Part shown: positions 25,041 through 37,783 of the stretch, one piece after another | Numbering within the stretch: position 1 is the first letter of the stretch | Layout of the letters: each line of letters starts with the position of its first letter | Assembly (NCBI RefSeq): GCF_018350175.1 | Contig: NC_058368.1 | Location: 12,710,001 to 12,774,000 of the forward strand | Length of the DNA: 64,000 bases | Origin: Felis catus | Taxonomy: Eukaryota | Reading direction: 5' to 3' | Made by a program: the position numbers and the translations under genes | Notes under the pieces: generated by a model | What the model was told of the DNA's origin: nothing | Databases searched by the model: none | Seen by the model: only the letters and a program-made list of their open reading frames with translations

Positions 25041-25399
25041 AAAAATAATTAAAATAATAATGAGTCATGACAACAAGGCATGATTACTGCTTTAATATGT
25101 CTATGTCAAAAATGCTGGTTGGGTCATCAGGACTCCTGGGTTCATTGCCCTTCTTGACAGCTAATTGGCTGTGTTATCACAGTTGGGGTCCAAGTCATGC
25201 CACTTATACAATCAGAAAATTGGACCAGGGACCTCTGAGCTTTCCAACAGTGTAGAATTCTGTTTATAATCTTCTGGAGACCTGAAGTACTACGGTGTAT
25301 ACACTATCTTTTCAAAATTCAGATTTTGCATCCTTCTGAAAGTAGCATTCAATTCAAGTTGTGAGCAACACACACCGCCTGTAAGCACCATGAGGGAAT

Positions 25400-25640
25400 G
25401 AATAATACTCATTTATCTTTATTGGGAATGTTTTATGTGCCAAGCACCATTGTTTCATTTAAGCCCACGGCAAATCTCTGTGGTAGGCACCGTCATCACT
25501 TGGTAAGAAGGGAATCTGAGATACAGAGAGGTAATTAGTCAAAGTCTTGCAACTAGTAAGCTGCAGTGTGGCTTGGAATGGAGAGAGTGGGACTTCAGAG
25601 TCTGTGTTCTTAACCCCTGTGCCATTAGTGCAGAGGAGAG
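25400..25640 (-). mobile_element. MIR
   Basis: tatgtgccaagcacc...ggaatctgagatacagagaggtaattag...gacttcagagtctgtgttcttaacc. Confidence 0.65.
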
Positions 25641-26884
25641 GCAGAAGAGAAGAGGCCTCCAAATTTCCAACACTGGATTACAAGAAACAGAATTTATTTA
25701 GAATTTAGAGAGTGAAGGAGTCATTTCCATGGCTCATGCCCTCCAATTGCTATCCTCTGGCCTAGGGTGTAAATGAAAGCAAAGTTGTCCTCAATTGGAT
25801 AAATATCCACAAGGTACATTTTAACACAGCCATCTGGAAAATGCTCAGTTTTCATATTGTAACTTGAATGTCTTGGAATATATCATTCTGATTGCTCTTT
25901 TGCTCATTGGAAACTCATTTCAAATTCTCACAAATGTGCACTGAACACCAACATGCGACGAAACTTTAAACTTTCATGACATTTTCTACCAAGTTTCTTA
26001 GCAGTTAACACTTATTATTTTGCAGCACATTCAAGGGCTTAGATAATGATTTTGCCAAAGACCAAAAGACAGTTTCTAATAGACTCACACATTTTATCAT
26101 ATGGAAAGAAATTCAAAGAAGCTACAACTTACACTAACTCAGATAATTTGCTTCCAGGAAGCAATTTAAAAACATGAGTTAAATTGATTTGAATTACATA
26201 GCTACATAAGATTCACATGAAATCTAAAGAAGATGGGTCTGAGTTTTGAATTTTGATTCTTGCAGGGTCAATTTTATTAACAGGTAAAAAAATATATTCA
26301 TGAAACCACATATTGAACTCAGTTTTGCAGACTCCTTTAAATAGGAATTTGATTTGCTTCAATCACGGTGCTAGTACTCTTTACTTTTATTTTTTTAGAT
26401 TCAAAGTTATTGACTTTCAACTTTCAACTAAATTTTTATTATATTTTCATCAATTTATTCATTCACTCATTTCTTCATTTTTGGAGCATCTAATGGCTTG
26501 TTTCCATATTTCCTCTTGTGTTCTTTTACCAAGTTCTCAGGTTCTTGAATAAATCTGTGTTACTTCATATTTGTTATATTTTACCCTGATTTGAATGCTG
26601 GATTTGGAAACCTAGTGTGAGATACATCCTCCTCCAAGGCTTTTATAACTATAAATTTGGAAATACTGTATACAGAGCTTTACTTCCTGAAATACAGTGG
26701 CAACTCATTTATTTGAAATACTTAGGTTAAGAAATGATTCTGATCTGCAGAAATTATATTAGGCTGACATTCCCATAATAGTTGAAATCACATATTCTCT
26801 CCAACCTGATTGTATTGTTGTCACTGACTTTATATCTAAGTATCCTCTTATAACCTCACTCTCTCAAAAAATCAAGCAGGGGTA

Positions 26885-27087
26885 AGGGTGCCTAGGTGGC
26901 ACAGTCAGTTAAGCTCTGACTTTGGCTCAGGTTATGATCTCGTAGTTTGTGAGCTTGAGCCCCACACTGGGCTCTGCACTGGTGGTACAGAACCTGCCTG
27001 GGATTCTCTTTCTCTCCCTCCCTCTCTCTGCCTCTTCTCCACTTGCACTCTCTAATGCTCCCTCTCTCAAAATAAATAAATAAACTT
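26885..27087 (+). mobile_element. Can-SINE
   Basis: TSD aaatca(a/g)gcaggggta at 26869-26884 and 27088-27103. Confidence 0.95.
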
Positions 27088-27477
27088 AAATCAGGCAGGG
27101 GTAGAACAGAAGGGATAATGATCAAATAATAACAATGACAACAATAATAATATAAAATTCTGATGTGCACATACTATTTTATATAATAGTATTTGTTATA
27201 TGTTTCTAAAATGTAGTACTGCAATACCACAGTGCCATATGGTCAGCTGAGCAATAAAGACACCGGAGGTAAGGGCACACGACCCGGTATTTCTAGCAGG
27301 ATAAAGCACCACAACAAATCATCACCACCCTTCCAAAGACATTTGCCTTCAGATATTTGTGGATATCAGATATTCTGTGAAAGGAACCGGTTCTCCTCTT
27401 CCTAAAGCCAGAGGCTATAGACTTAATGTGTTTGAATCAGAACTACCTGAGCCTTTAGTCAGCTTCTCAGTTAACAG

Positions 27478-27830
27478 AGTCATTCATTCTGCAAATATTT
27501 GTAAACCGGGCATTTTTCAAAATTCTGGAGGTAAATAATGAACACAGCTGAGATGCTCCCTCACCTCATATAGTTTCGAATCAGAGGGGGAAAAAATGAA
27601 CAAGACACAAGTGAACAGATAAGACAATGACATGTGATGACAGATGTTACACAGGGGTGCAAAGGGTGGTGTGGAGAAGCATCGGAGAGTAACCAGGAGG
27701 AGGCTACTTCAGGCAGGTGCTCAGGGCCACCTCGCTTGAAGAGGCATTACAGTGGAGATCAATCCTGGAACCACTTAGGCAAAGATGATGTTGGGATGTG
27801 GGGGGAGCAAGTCCAAGGCCTTGAACTCTG
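27478..27830 (-). mobile_element. L2 3' region
   Basis: tcattcattctgcaaatatttg...atgaacacag...ccctcacctcatatagttt. Confidence 0.55.
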
Positions 27831-28192
27831 CTATTTTCCAGGGCTGTGCTGGAGATGGGGATTCAAAGCTACGCAAAAATCCCCATGGTCTTTGCTCTCA
27901 TGAAGTTCACTGTCTCATAGGAAAATAAGATTCCTGCCTTCAAGGAGCTCATGAATGGTAGGGAAAATGGACATGATGGACAAACCTGACCATCACAGCA
28001 ATGGAAGGAAAGGAATAATCCAAACTCCACGGGCAGAGCAACAGGTCAGAAGATATCTCCCCAAGGAATTTGCCCAGGGCCACCTAGTTCATCAGTGGCA
28101 AAGCCAAATCTCTAACATAGGTTTCTCAACTCCTTATCCAGTGTTTTTTATTATTTTTCATTATATTCCCAGTGGAGCACGCAGGCGCACGG

Positions 28193-28207
28193 GCACGCGC
28201 ACACGCG

Positions 28208-28256
<49 letters not shown>

Positions 28257-28261
28257 ACACG
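28193..28261. repeat. (CG)6-(CA)n alternating purine-pyrimidine microsatellite
   Basis: gcacgcgcacacgcgcgcgcgcgc(ac)n read directly. Confidence 0.97.
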
Positions 28262-29604
28262 GAAAAAATGAGAGGGCAAGGAGAAAAATCCCTAGTAAAG
28301 CCAGGGAAGCACGTAGATGATGTTAGAGGTGGCACAATTTATATTTTTTGAGCGTAGTACTTCTATGCTGAACTCCGTAGCAACTTCCAACGTCATATCC
28401 AGGGCCTCTGTATACAGAAGATCAACGCATTCTACAAACATGCATTTACTCATTCTAGTCATTGATCCAAAAATCCTTTTTCCTAAAACACTAATTTGTA
28501 CATGTGTCTAATTTTTTTCCCCATCTGAGTATCTGTAGTACAACACATCATCTGGAGGTCTTGCCCAGGGAAAGGGCTTTAAGGGTGGGTGCTTGGTGGG
28601 TTGTATTGCTAGTTTCTTGAAGCTGTTGTCCAAGCCACCATGAGCTGCTGTTTTCAATTACAGTGAAAAATATGCCTTTTTCTTTGTGCTTCTGCCTAGT
28701 GTTCCCCTAACACACCCACAGGGGTCAGCAGTTTCTGTTTCTTAGGCACCTTTTCTCATTTTAATTTCTGCACACTGGGTCCCGTTGAGACCAAAGCTCC
28801 AGACCACAGACTATTTTTTTTCTCCTTAAGCCTCAGTCACCCCTGGAAAACAAATGAGCTTTCAAAAAACCCTGTAATTAGAATATAAATGCAATATTTT
28901 AATGGCTTGTGATCAGAATATAAATAACCTCCTAATAGCCCATGCAAAGGAGGGTGTCAGTGTATTATGCATCAGGGAAGGGAAACAGAACCAATGATAG
29001 TGGCTTTTCCTTCATTCACCTTCCAGCCTGGCAGTTCCAGTCAATGTTTTACTGAAAACAGACGGTCCTTCCTTCTCTAACTAAGCACAAGAGACCTGGA
29101 GACTTTGCCATTTAACGATGGATTTGGCAGATGGCTTTCTTACTGGTCAAATAAATGTCATTTTGTCAGTTAATTGTGAGATCTGATAGACAGAAGATCC
29201 TTAGGTCCGATGCAAGTTTGTAAACATCCTGCTCAGCAATATGATTTGAGGGAGGCCCTTAGGGCAACAGGAGGAAGTGAGTACATCAGTACCCCAATGG
29301 GATTGATCCCAATCTTTGAGCAAGAAGAGAGGAGTGGGAAACATATCCTTCCTCACAGTGAATGGAGAAAAGAAGTTGTTTTTTTTTTCTTTTCCCCTAT
29401 GCCAATTAAGTAAAGCTGGGAGAGTCACAAACTTTATTGAGTGCCTAGTGTATTTCTGGAACAAAGCTGGATGCTTGTTTTCTCTCCATTGATGTTCAGA
29501 AAAAGCCTGTGAGATACTATTATTCCCACAGATAGAGAAAAGTGAATTTCAAAAAATTTGAGTCGTTTGACCTTGTAACTTTCTGTACCAAAAAATGGAG
29601 ACAA

Positions 29605-29813
29605 GGGGCACCTGGGTGGCTCAGTCGGTTAAGCGCCGACTTCCGCTCAGGTCACGATCTCGCGGTCCGTGAGTTCCAGCCCCTCGTCGGGCTCTGTGCT
29701 GACAGCTCAGAGCCTGGAGTCTGCTTCGGATTCTGTGTCTCCCTCTCTCTCTCTGCTCCTCCCCCGTTCATGCTCTGTCTCTCTCTGTCTCAAAAATAAA
29801 TAAACACTTAAAA
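29605..29813 (+). mobile_element. young SINEC_Fc (within a MIR relic)
   Basis: CpG-rich body; TSD aaaaaatg(g/a)agac at 29590-29602 and 29814-29826. Confidence 0.96.
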
Positions 29814-30469
29814 AAAAAATGAAGACTGTCCGAGAAAGCTACTGGAACAGAAATGAACACAATGGTAGTATTTTTGTTACACTAATGTAAAAAGGAAAAA
29901 GAAATACTGACTTTAAGACTTAATTTCAAGATACAACTATCACATAGCAACGACAGATACTAACAATGAAGTGGTCATACCAGACCGTAGGATCCTAGAA
30001 AATAGTAATTTATCGTTTTCCTTTTTGGTGCCTTTCCTTCTTTCCTTTTCCATGATCCCACTGAGAAAGTTGGTCTCCATACAGAATATTCCGGAGGGTA
30101 ATTGAAGGAATGACTGAGTTAATGAATCAGTGAGAGTTACTGAGAGGGTCTTATTTTGTTATGGTTATGCAGGAGAGAAGGACAGCAGTCTGGAGGAATT
30201 AGAGTTGTGAATAAAGTTAAAGTTCAAAAAATAAACACCTGAATTCAGAAAATATTGACAGCAGTAAGGTATGACTAGCAATGCAGGCAGAAGGCTGCAT
30301 ACAGCGGCCAACGTGAGAAAATAAAAGAGACATTTTAAGAAAAATAGAGAGGATCTAAGCAAAAGTCTGGGAGCCAGGAGAGAAGCCCCTATCCAGGAGA
30401 GCAAGTCTGTGGGCAAAGCGGGCAGGGGGGCTGCTGGGTAGGTTACTAAGAACTACCGTGGTGCTTCCT

Positions 30470-30600
30470 GGGGCGCCTGGGGGCTCAGTCGCTTAAGCTT
30501 CTAACTTGGACTCAGGTCATGATATCGCGGTTCACAAGTTCAAGCCCTGAGTCGGCCTCTGTGTTGGCAGCTGAGAGCCTGGAGCCTGCTTTGGATTCTG

Positions 30601-30634
<34 letters not shown>

Positions 30635-30705
30635 ACTCCCCTGCGCTCACTCTCTCTCTTGCTCTCTCTCCCCATCCCTCAAAAATAAACATCAAAAAAT
30701 TTTTT
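30470..30705 (+). mobile_element. SINEC_Fc
   Basis: ggggcgcctgggggctcagtcg...ctcaaaaataaacat; degenerate TSD taagaact...ttcct. Confidence 0.94.
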
Positions 30706-30759
30706 AAGAACTGCATGTTTCCTGTGCTTCAGGCACCCACAGAAACTACTTTTTTTGTG

Positions 30760-30935
30760 TAAGCCTTCCAAACAGCTCTCTGGGGTGACTACTGAGATCC
30801 CCATTTACAAGTTAAGAAAGGAAGCTCAGAGACCTTAAGTGACCCACCCTGAGTCACACAGCTATTAGGTGGCACAGATTTAGTTACATCTGGCTGACAC
30901 CAGAGTCCCTGATCTGTCCACTGTTCTGCATTTCT
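30760..30935 (-). mobile_element. MIR
   Basis: atccccatttacaag...gaagctcagagaccttaagtgacccaccctgagtcacacagct. Confidence 0.65.
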
Positions 30936-31316
30936 CAGAGGCTGTATGACAGAGGGGGCTGCGGGATTCCCCCAGATACTGCCAAAGGGCCGTGAACTCT
31001 GAGAACAAACAAACAAACATGAAGTCTCTACTTGCTTAAGAGCAAATAAAGCTGAGATCAAGGAAGATCAGATTTGGACTCAGGCAAGAGGTCAGAGTGA
31101 ACTCAAGCACAGGGACAGAGTTATTGCAAAGAGTAAACATTGATTAAGCAATTACCTTGAGCCCTAAGCCTAGAAGATGATCACTGCTTTATACTGGCTT
31201 GGAAAGAGAGAACGGCTTTCTTAGTACGTATGTATACATGTGTCTATACAATGTGTATTACTTATACCTTGAGATTCTTTTGAATGCAAGTAACTAACTT
31301 GGGTACTTTAAATAGT

Positions 31317-31317
<1 letters not shown>

Positions 31318-31363
<46 letters not shown>
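31318..31363. repeat. (CA)n microsatellite
   Basis: direct read. Confidence 0.97.
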
Positions 31364-31366
<3 letters not shown>

Positions 31367-31846
31367 ATGTTTAGGGAAAGCTTGAGCATCTTTTTTGTTT
31401 GATTCTGAGCCCAAGTCAGGAAGATGAGTCCTGTTTCAGAAGCCCCTAAGCAGGTCCCTTGAGGAGAAGAGAATGCTGAGTATCTGCTTACTTTGCCCAG
31501 AACCTCCACAGGGGAAGTTTCCTGCCTGCTGTGCTGGCTAAAAGGAAGAGCCAGAGGCCTTGTCCTGGCTTCCATCTGATGGTGCCCTGGCCACAGAGTA
31601 GACTGGACCAGAGGTGGCCCCAGCACAGGCAGCCAGTCCACCGACTGGCTACAGATTTACAGAGTGGCTCCAAATAAAGGTGGGCTAAGGCAATAAGACT
31701 TTCTTGGAACTATGAATTGAGAGAATATACTTGAAATCAGTTTATTCGTGAGGTGCAAGAAAGGAAATGGCTTTATTATTTTTTTCTCCAACCAATGCCT
31801 CCTTTGCATTTCCCTTTTGTGTTTCTCTTAGTGAGAGCTCAAGAAG

Positions 31847-32996
31847 TGTAGCACAGGCCACTTTAGAAATTTCGACTTCAGGGGCGCCTGGGTGGCTCAG
31901 TCGGTTAAGCGGCCGACTTCGGCTCAGGTCATGATCTCACGGTCCGTGAGTTTGAGCCCCGCGTCGGGCTCTGTGCTGACAGCTCAGAGCCTGGAGCCTG
32001 TTTCAGATTCTGTGTCTCCCTCTCTCTCTCTGACCCTCCCCCATTCATGCTCTGTCTCTCTCTGTCTCAAAAGTAAATAAACGTTAAAAAAAAATTAAAA
32101 AAAAAAAGAAATTTCGACTTCACATCTAACTCAAAGCTGTCACCTACCCCCTAGACTCCTAGCTGAGGACTAACTGAAGGTGGGGGCCCTATGCTGGGGA
32201 AGGGAAGCCTAATCTGTGTTTTCACTCGCTGTTGCGCTTTATAGCTCCTCTGTCTTCCATCTTGGAGTAATACGGTCTCAGAGCAAGGACAGATATTTTG
32301 TATGTGGTCGGTGCTACTGTATTTTGGTTACTGGTATCATCATTACGCTTCTTCCCCGGCAGGGCATACCCGTGGGTTTTTCATACCACCCATCCCTTAT
32401 TCTAGGCAATGCACTTTCTGATCTCTTGAAACACTTCTCAGCCCTGACTTTTGGCTGTCAATCCCACAGCTCCTCTCTTCTTGGTCTCCCCACAGGCAGG
32501 AAGGAATTGAGGGAGGGAGAACTTTCAGACAGCTGCAGTGTAGCTACCCGTTACGGTGCATACTTGAAGGTGGGCAAGTCTCAGGTCCCTGCCCCATCCC
32601 CAAAGCTGGGGTCTGCTGCTCCGCTGGTCCTCCCCACTCACTTGTGCACCCCGGCTTTTGTGGTCAGCCTTCACCTTAGCAATCTCAAGGCCAGAAGCAA
32701 CAGCCAGGCCCTACGTGCGTGTATGCCCAAGCTTTCTCAAGGCCTCTTCTGCTGCCCAGTACTCTGGTTGCTACTTTGACTCTGGAGGTCAGTGACTTCT
32801 AGCTGGGGAGGACCATGTCAGTGTCTCTTGGAGCTTCTTGAATTTGGTCTAAGGCCTGTGTGAGCAGCTCACCCTACACACCTTCCTACACTCCTTCAAC
32901 AATTTCCTAATTCAAACTAATGTCTTACATCAGTGAACTCTCTACACTTTCCTCCTCCCCTGAATAAATTCTTGTCTTCTGCTGAGAGAGGCTACA
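31847..32996 (+). mobile_element. probable ancient solo LTR (~0.9 kb net; family uncertain, possibly Gypsy-type)
   Basis: inverted termini tgtagc...gctaca, AATAAA ~30 nt before the 3' end, interrupted by SINE 31881-32106. Confidence 0.45.
31881..32106 (+). mobile_element. young SINEC_Fc
   Basis: near-consensus with CpGs; perfect 16-bp TSD agaaatttcgacttca at 31865-31880 and 32107-32122. Confidence 0.97.
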
Positions 32997-33482
32997 TGAT
33001 GTAGAGGTGGGAATAAAGGTCAAATGACTACTTTGGTCACCTCTTATTTTTTATTATTTTGTTATGCCTGGAAGCTGTTGTTTATTTTTTCTTCTTTTTT
33101 TAAACCTTAAATCCTAGTTAACATATAGTGCAATGATTTCAAGAACAGAATTTAGTGATTCATCACTTACATGTAACACCTAGTGCTCATCCCAACAAGT
33201 GTCCTCCTTAATGCCCCTTGCCCATAGAGGGTCCCCCATCCAACACCCTTCCAGCAACCCTGTTTGATCTCTGCATTTAAGACTCTTTTACGGTTTGTCT
33301 TCCTCTCTATTTTCATATTATTTTTGCTTCCCTTCCCTCATGTTCATCAGTCTTATATCTTAATTACCACATATGAGTGAAGTCATATGATATTTGTCTT
33401 TCTCTGACTGACTTATTTCACTTGGCACAGTACACTCCAGTTCCATCCACGTTGTTGTGAAAGGCAGGATTTCATTCTTTTT

Positions 33483-34110
33483 TTTTTTAATTTTATTTTT
33501 TTAAATTTACAACCACATTAGCATATAGTGCAACAATGATTTCAGGAGTAGATTCCTTAATGCCCCTTACCCATTTAGCCCACCCCCCTTCCCACAACCC
33601 CTCCAGCAAACCTGTGTTTGTTCTCCATATTTAAGAGTCTCTTATGTTTTGTCCCCCTCCCTGGTTTTCTATTATTTTTGCTTCCCTTCCCTTATGTTCA
33701 TCTGTTTTGTTTCTTAAACTCCTCATATGAGTGAAGTCATATGATATTTGTCTTTCTCTGACTGACTAATTTCACTTAGCATAATACCCTCCAGTTCCAT
33801 CCACATAGTTGCAGATGGCAAGATTTCATTCTTTTTGATTGCTGAGTAATACTCCATTGTATATATATACCACATCTTCTTTATGCATTCACCCATCGAT
33901 GGACATTTGGGCTCTTTCCATACTTTTGCTATTGTTGATAGTGCTGCTATAAACATTGGGGTGCATGTGTCCCTTTGAAACAGCAAACCTGTATCCCTTG
34001 GATAAATACCTAGCAGTGCAATTGCTGGGTCATAGGGTAGTTCTATTTTTAGTTTTTTGAGGAACCTCCATACTGTTTTCCAGAGTATCTGCACCAGCTT
34101 GTATTCCCAA
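33483..34110 (-). mobile_element. 5'-truncated younger L1 nested in the 3' end of the host L1
   Basis: own poly(T) at ~33478-33502; open ORF2 C-terminus 33723-34094 (WRFLKKLKIELPYDPAIALLGIYP...MTSLI); TSD gatttcattcttttt at 33468-33482 and 34112-34126. Confidence 0.92.
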
Positions 34111-34145
34111 AGATTTCATTCTTTTTGATCATCAAGTAATATTCC

Positions 34146-34147
<2 letters not shown>

Positions 34148-34196
<49 letters not shown>

Positions 34197-34200
34197 ATGT
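34148..34200. repeat. (TG)n microsatellite expanded inside L1
   Basis: direct read; the nested L1 copy has only gtatatatata at the homologous site. Confidence 0.95.
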
Positions 34201-36669
34201 ATATATACCACATCTTCTTTATCCATTCATCTGTCGATGGACATTTGGGCTCTTTCCATACTTCGGCTACTGTTGATAGTGCTGCTATAAACATTGGGGT
34301 GCACGTGCCCCTTAGAAACAGCACTTGTGGATTGTAGCATAGTTCCTTTTTTAATTTTTTGAGGAAACTCCACAATATTTTCCAGAGTGGCTATACCAGT
34401 TTGTATTCCCACCAGCAGTGCAAAAGGGATCTTCTTTCTCCACATCCTCAACAACAATCTTTGTTGCCTGAGTTGTTAATTTTAGCCATTCTGACAGGTG
34501 TGAGGTGGTGTCTCATTGTGGTTTCGATCTGTATTTCTCTGATGATGAGTGATTTTGAGCATTTTTTCATGTGTCTGTTAACTATCTGGATGTCTTCTTT
34601 AGAAAAGTGTCTATACATGTCTTTTGCCCATTTCTTCACTGGATTATTTGTTTTTTGGGTATGGAGTTTGATAAGTTGATACTAACCCTTGACCTGATAT
34701 GTCCTTTGAAAATATCTTCTCCCATTCTGTCAGTTGCCTTTTAATTTTGCTGATTGTTCCCTTCACTGTATAGAAGCTTTTTATCTTGATGAGGTCCCAA
34801 TAGTTCATTTTTGCTTCTGGTTTCCCTTGCATCCGGAGACATGTCGAGTAAGAAGCTGCTGCAGCCAAGGTCAAAGAGGTGGTTGCCTGTATTCTCCTCT
34901 AGGATTTTGATGGTTCCTGCCTTACATTTAGGTCTTTAATCTATTTTGAGTTTATTTTTGTGTATGGTGTAAAAAAGTGTTCCAGGTTCATTCTTCTGCA
35001 TGTTGCTGTACAGTTTTCCCAGCACTATTTGCTGCAAAGACCGTCTTTTTTCCATTGGATATTCTTTCCTGCTTTGTCAAAGATTAGGTGGCACATGTTA
35101 GTGGGTCCATTTCTGGGTTCTCTATTCTGTTCCATTGATCTATGTGTCTGTTTTGTGCCAGTACCATACTGTCTTGATGATTACAGCTTTATAATACATC
35201 TTGAAGTCCAGAATTGTGATGCCTCCAGCTTTAGTTTTCTTTATCAAGATTAGTTTGGCTAATTGGGGTCTTTTCTGGTTCCATAAAAATTTTAGGATTG
35301 TTTGTTCTAGCTATGTGAAGAATGCTGGTGTTATTTTGATATGGATTGCATTGAATATGTAGATTGCTTTGGGTAGTATCAACATTTTAACAACATTTGC
35401 TCTTCTGATCCATGAGCATGGAAAGTTTTTCCATATTTTTTATATCTTCTTCAATTTCTTTCATAAGCTTTCTATAGTTTTCAATGTATAGAGTTTTCAC
35501 CCCTTTGGTTAGGTTTATTCCTGGGTATTTTGTCGGTTTTGGTGCAATTGTAAATGGGATTGATTCCTTGATTTCTCTTTCTGCTGCTTCATTATTGGTG
35601 TATAGAAATGCAACCAATTTATGTACAATGATATTATATCCTGTGATTTTGCTGAATTCATGGATCAGGTCTAGCAGCTTTTTGGTGGATCTTTGGGTTT
35701 TCCACATAGATTATCATGTCCTCTGCAAAGAGTGAAAGTTTGGCTTCCTTTTGCCAATTTGGATGCCTTTTATTTCTTTGTGTTGTCTGATTGCTGAGAC
35801 TAGGATTTATAACACTATGTTTAATAACAGTGGTGAGAGTGGACATCCTTCATCCTGTTCCTGACATTAGGGGGAAAACTCTGTTTTTCCCCATTGAGAA
35901 TATTAGAGGTGGGTCTTTCACATATGGCTTTTAGGATCTTGAGGTACAATCCTTCTATCCATACTTTATTGAGAGTTTTTGTCAAGAAAGGATGCTGTAT
36001 TTTGTCAAATGTTTTCTCTACACCTATTGAAAAGATTATGTGGTTCTTATCCTCTATTTTATTAATGTGATATATCACATTGATTGATTTGTGGATATTG
36101 AACCATCCCTGCATCCCAGGAAGAAATCCCACTTGATCTTGGTGAATAATTCTTTTAATGTATAGTTGGATCTGGTTGGCTAATATCTTGTTGAGAATTT
36201 TTGCATATTCATCAGGGAAACTAGTCTGTAGTTCTCCTTTTTAGTGAAGTCTTCATCTGGTTTTGGAATCAAAGTAATGCTGGCCTTGTGGAATGAGATT
36301 GGAAGTTTTCCTTCCATTTCTAATTTTTGGAACAGCTTCAAAAGAATAAGTGTTAACTCTTCTTTAAATGTTTGGTAGAATTCCCCTGGAAAGCCATGAA
36401 GCCCTGGACTCTTGTTTGTTGGGAGAATTTTGATTACTGATTCAATTTCTTTACTGGTTTTGGGTTTGTTCAAATTTCTATTACTTTCTGTTTCACTTTT
36501 GATAGTTTATATGTTTCTAGGAATTTGTCCATTTCTTCCAGATTTCCCAATTTGTTGGCATATAATTCTCATAATATTCTTATTATTGTTTGTATTTCTG
36601 CAGTCTTTGTTGTGATCTCTCCTCTTTCATTCATGATTTTATTTATTGGGTCCTTTCCTTTTTCTTTTT

Positions 36670-36876
36670 TTTTTTTTAACGTTTATTTTTTAGACAGAGA
36701 GAGACACAGCATGAACGGGGGAGGGGCAGAGAGAGAGGGAGACACAGAATCGGAAGCAGGCTCCAGGCTCTGAGCCATCAGCCCAGAGCCTGACGCGGGG
36801 CTCGAACTCGCGGACCGCGAGATCGTGACCTGAGCTGAAGTCGGACGCTTAACCGACTGAGCCACCCAGGCGCCCC
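36670..36876 (-). mobile_element. very young SINEC_Fc in L1 ORF2
   Basis: CpGs retained (gacgcggggctcgaactcgcggaccgcgagatcg); TSD tcctttttcttttt at 36656-36669 and 36878-36891. Confidence 0.97.
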
Positions 36877-37783
36877 ATCCTTTTTCTTTTTGATCATTTT
36901 TTATCTTTTTGATCCTTTAGGCTAGGGGTTTATCAATTCTGTTAATTCTTCCAAAGAACCAGCTCCTGCTTTCATTGATCTGTTCTACTACGGTTTTTTT
37001 TCATTTTGATATTATTGATTTCTGCTCTAATCTTTATTATTTCCCTTCTTCTGCTGGTTTTGGGCTTTATTTGCTGTTATTTTTCCAGCTGTTTTAAGTG
37101 TAAGGTTAGGTTGTGTACTTGAGACCTTACTTCCTTCTTTAGGAAGGCCTGGAGTCCTATATACTTCCCTCTTATGATGACCTTTGCTGCATCTCAGAGG
37201 TCTTGGCTGTCGTGTTTTAATTTTCATTGGCTTCCATGTACTTTTTAATTTCTTCTCTAGTTTCTTGGTTAACCCATTCATTCTTAGCAGGGCGTTCTTT
37301 AATATCCAAGTATTAGTGGTCTTTCCAAATTTTTTCTTGTGGTTGATTTCGAGTTTTATAGCATCGTCTTCTGAAAATATGCAAGGTATGATTGTGATCT
37401 TTTTGTACTTGTCGAGGGCTGATTTGTGACCCAGCATGTGATCTATTCTAGAGAATGTTCCATGAGCACTCCAGAAAATGTGTATTCTGCTCCTTTAGGA
37501 TGAAATGTTCTGAATATATCTGTTAAGTCCATCCAGTCCAGTGTGTCATTCAAAGCCATAGTTTCCTTATTGATTTTCTGCCATTGCTGTAAGTGGGGTG
37601 CAGAGGTCCCCTATTATTATGGTATTATTATCAATGATTTTCCTTATGTTTTTGATTAACTGATTTATATATTTGGGTGCCTCTATGTTGGGGGCATAAA
37701 TACTTACAGTTGTTACATCTCCTTGTTAGCATTTTGTGAATTTGACTATGATATGCCTTGGTGATGGTTTTTGTTGAATCTAA

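Noticed and set aside
33723..37437. RT/endonuclease-like peptides on the minus strand
   Set aside because: Frameshifted L1 ORF2 fragments (catalytic FADD reads FAED); not a functional CDS.
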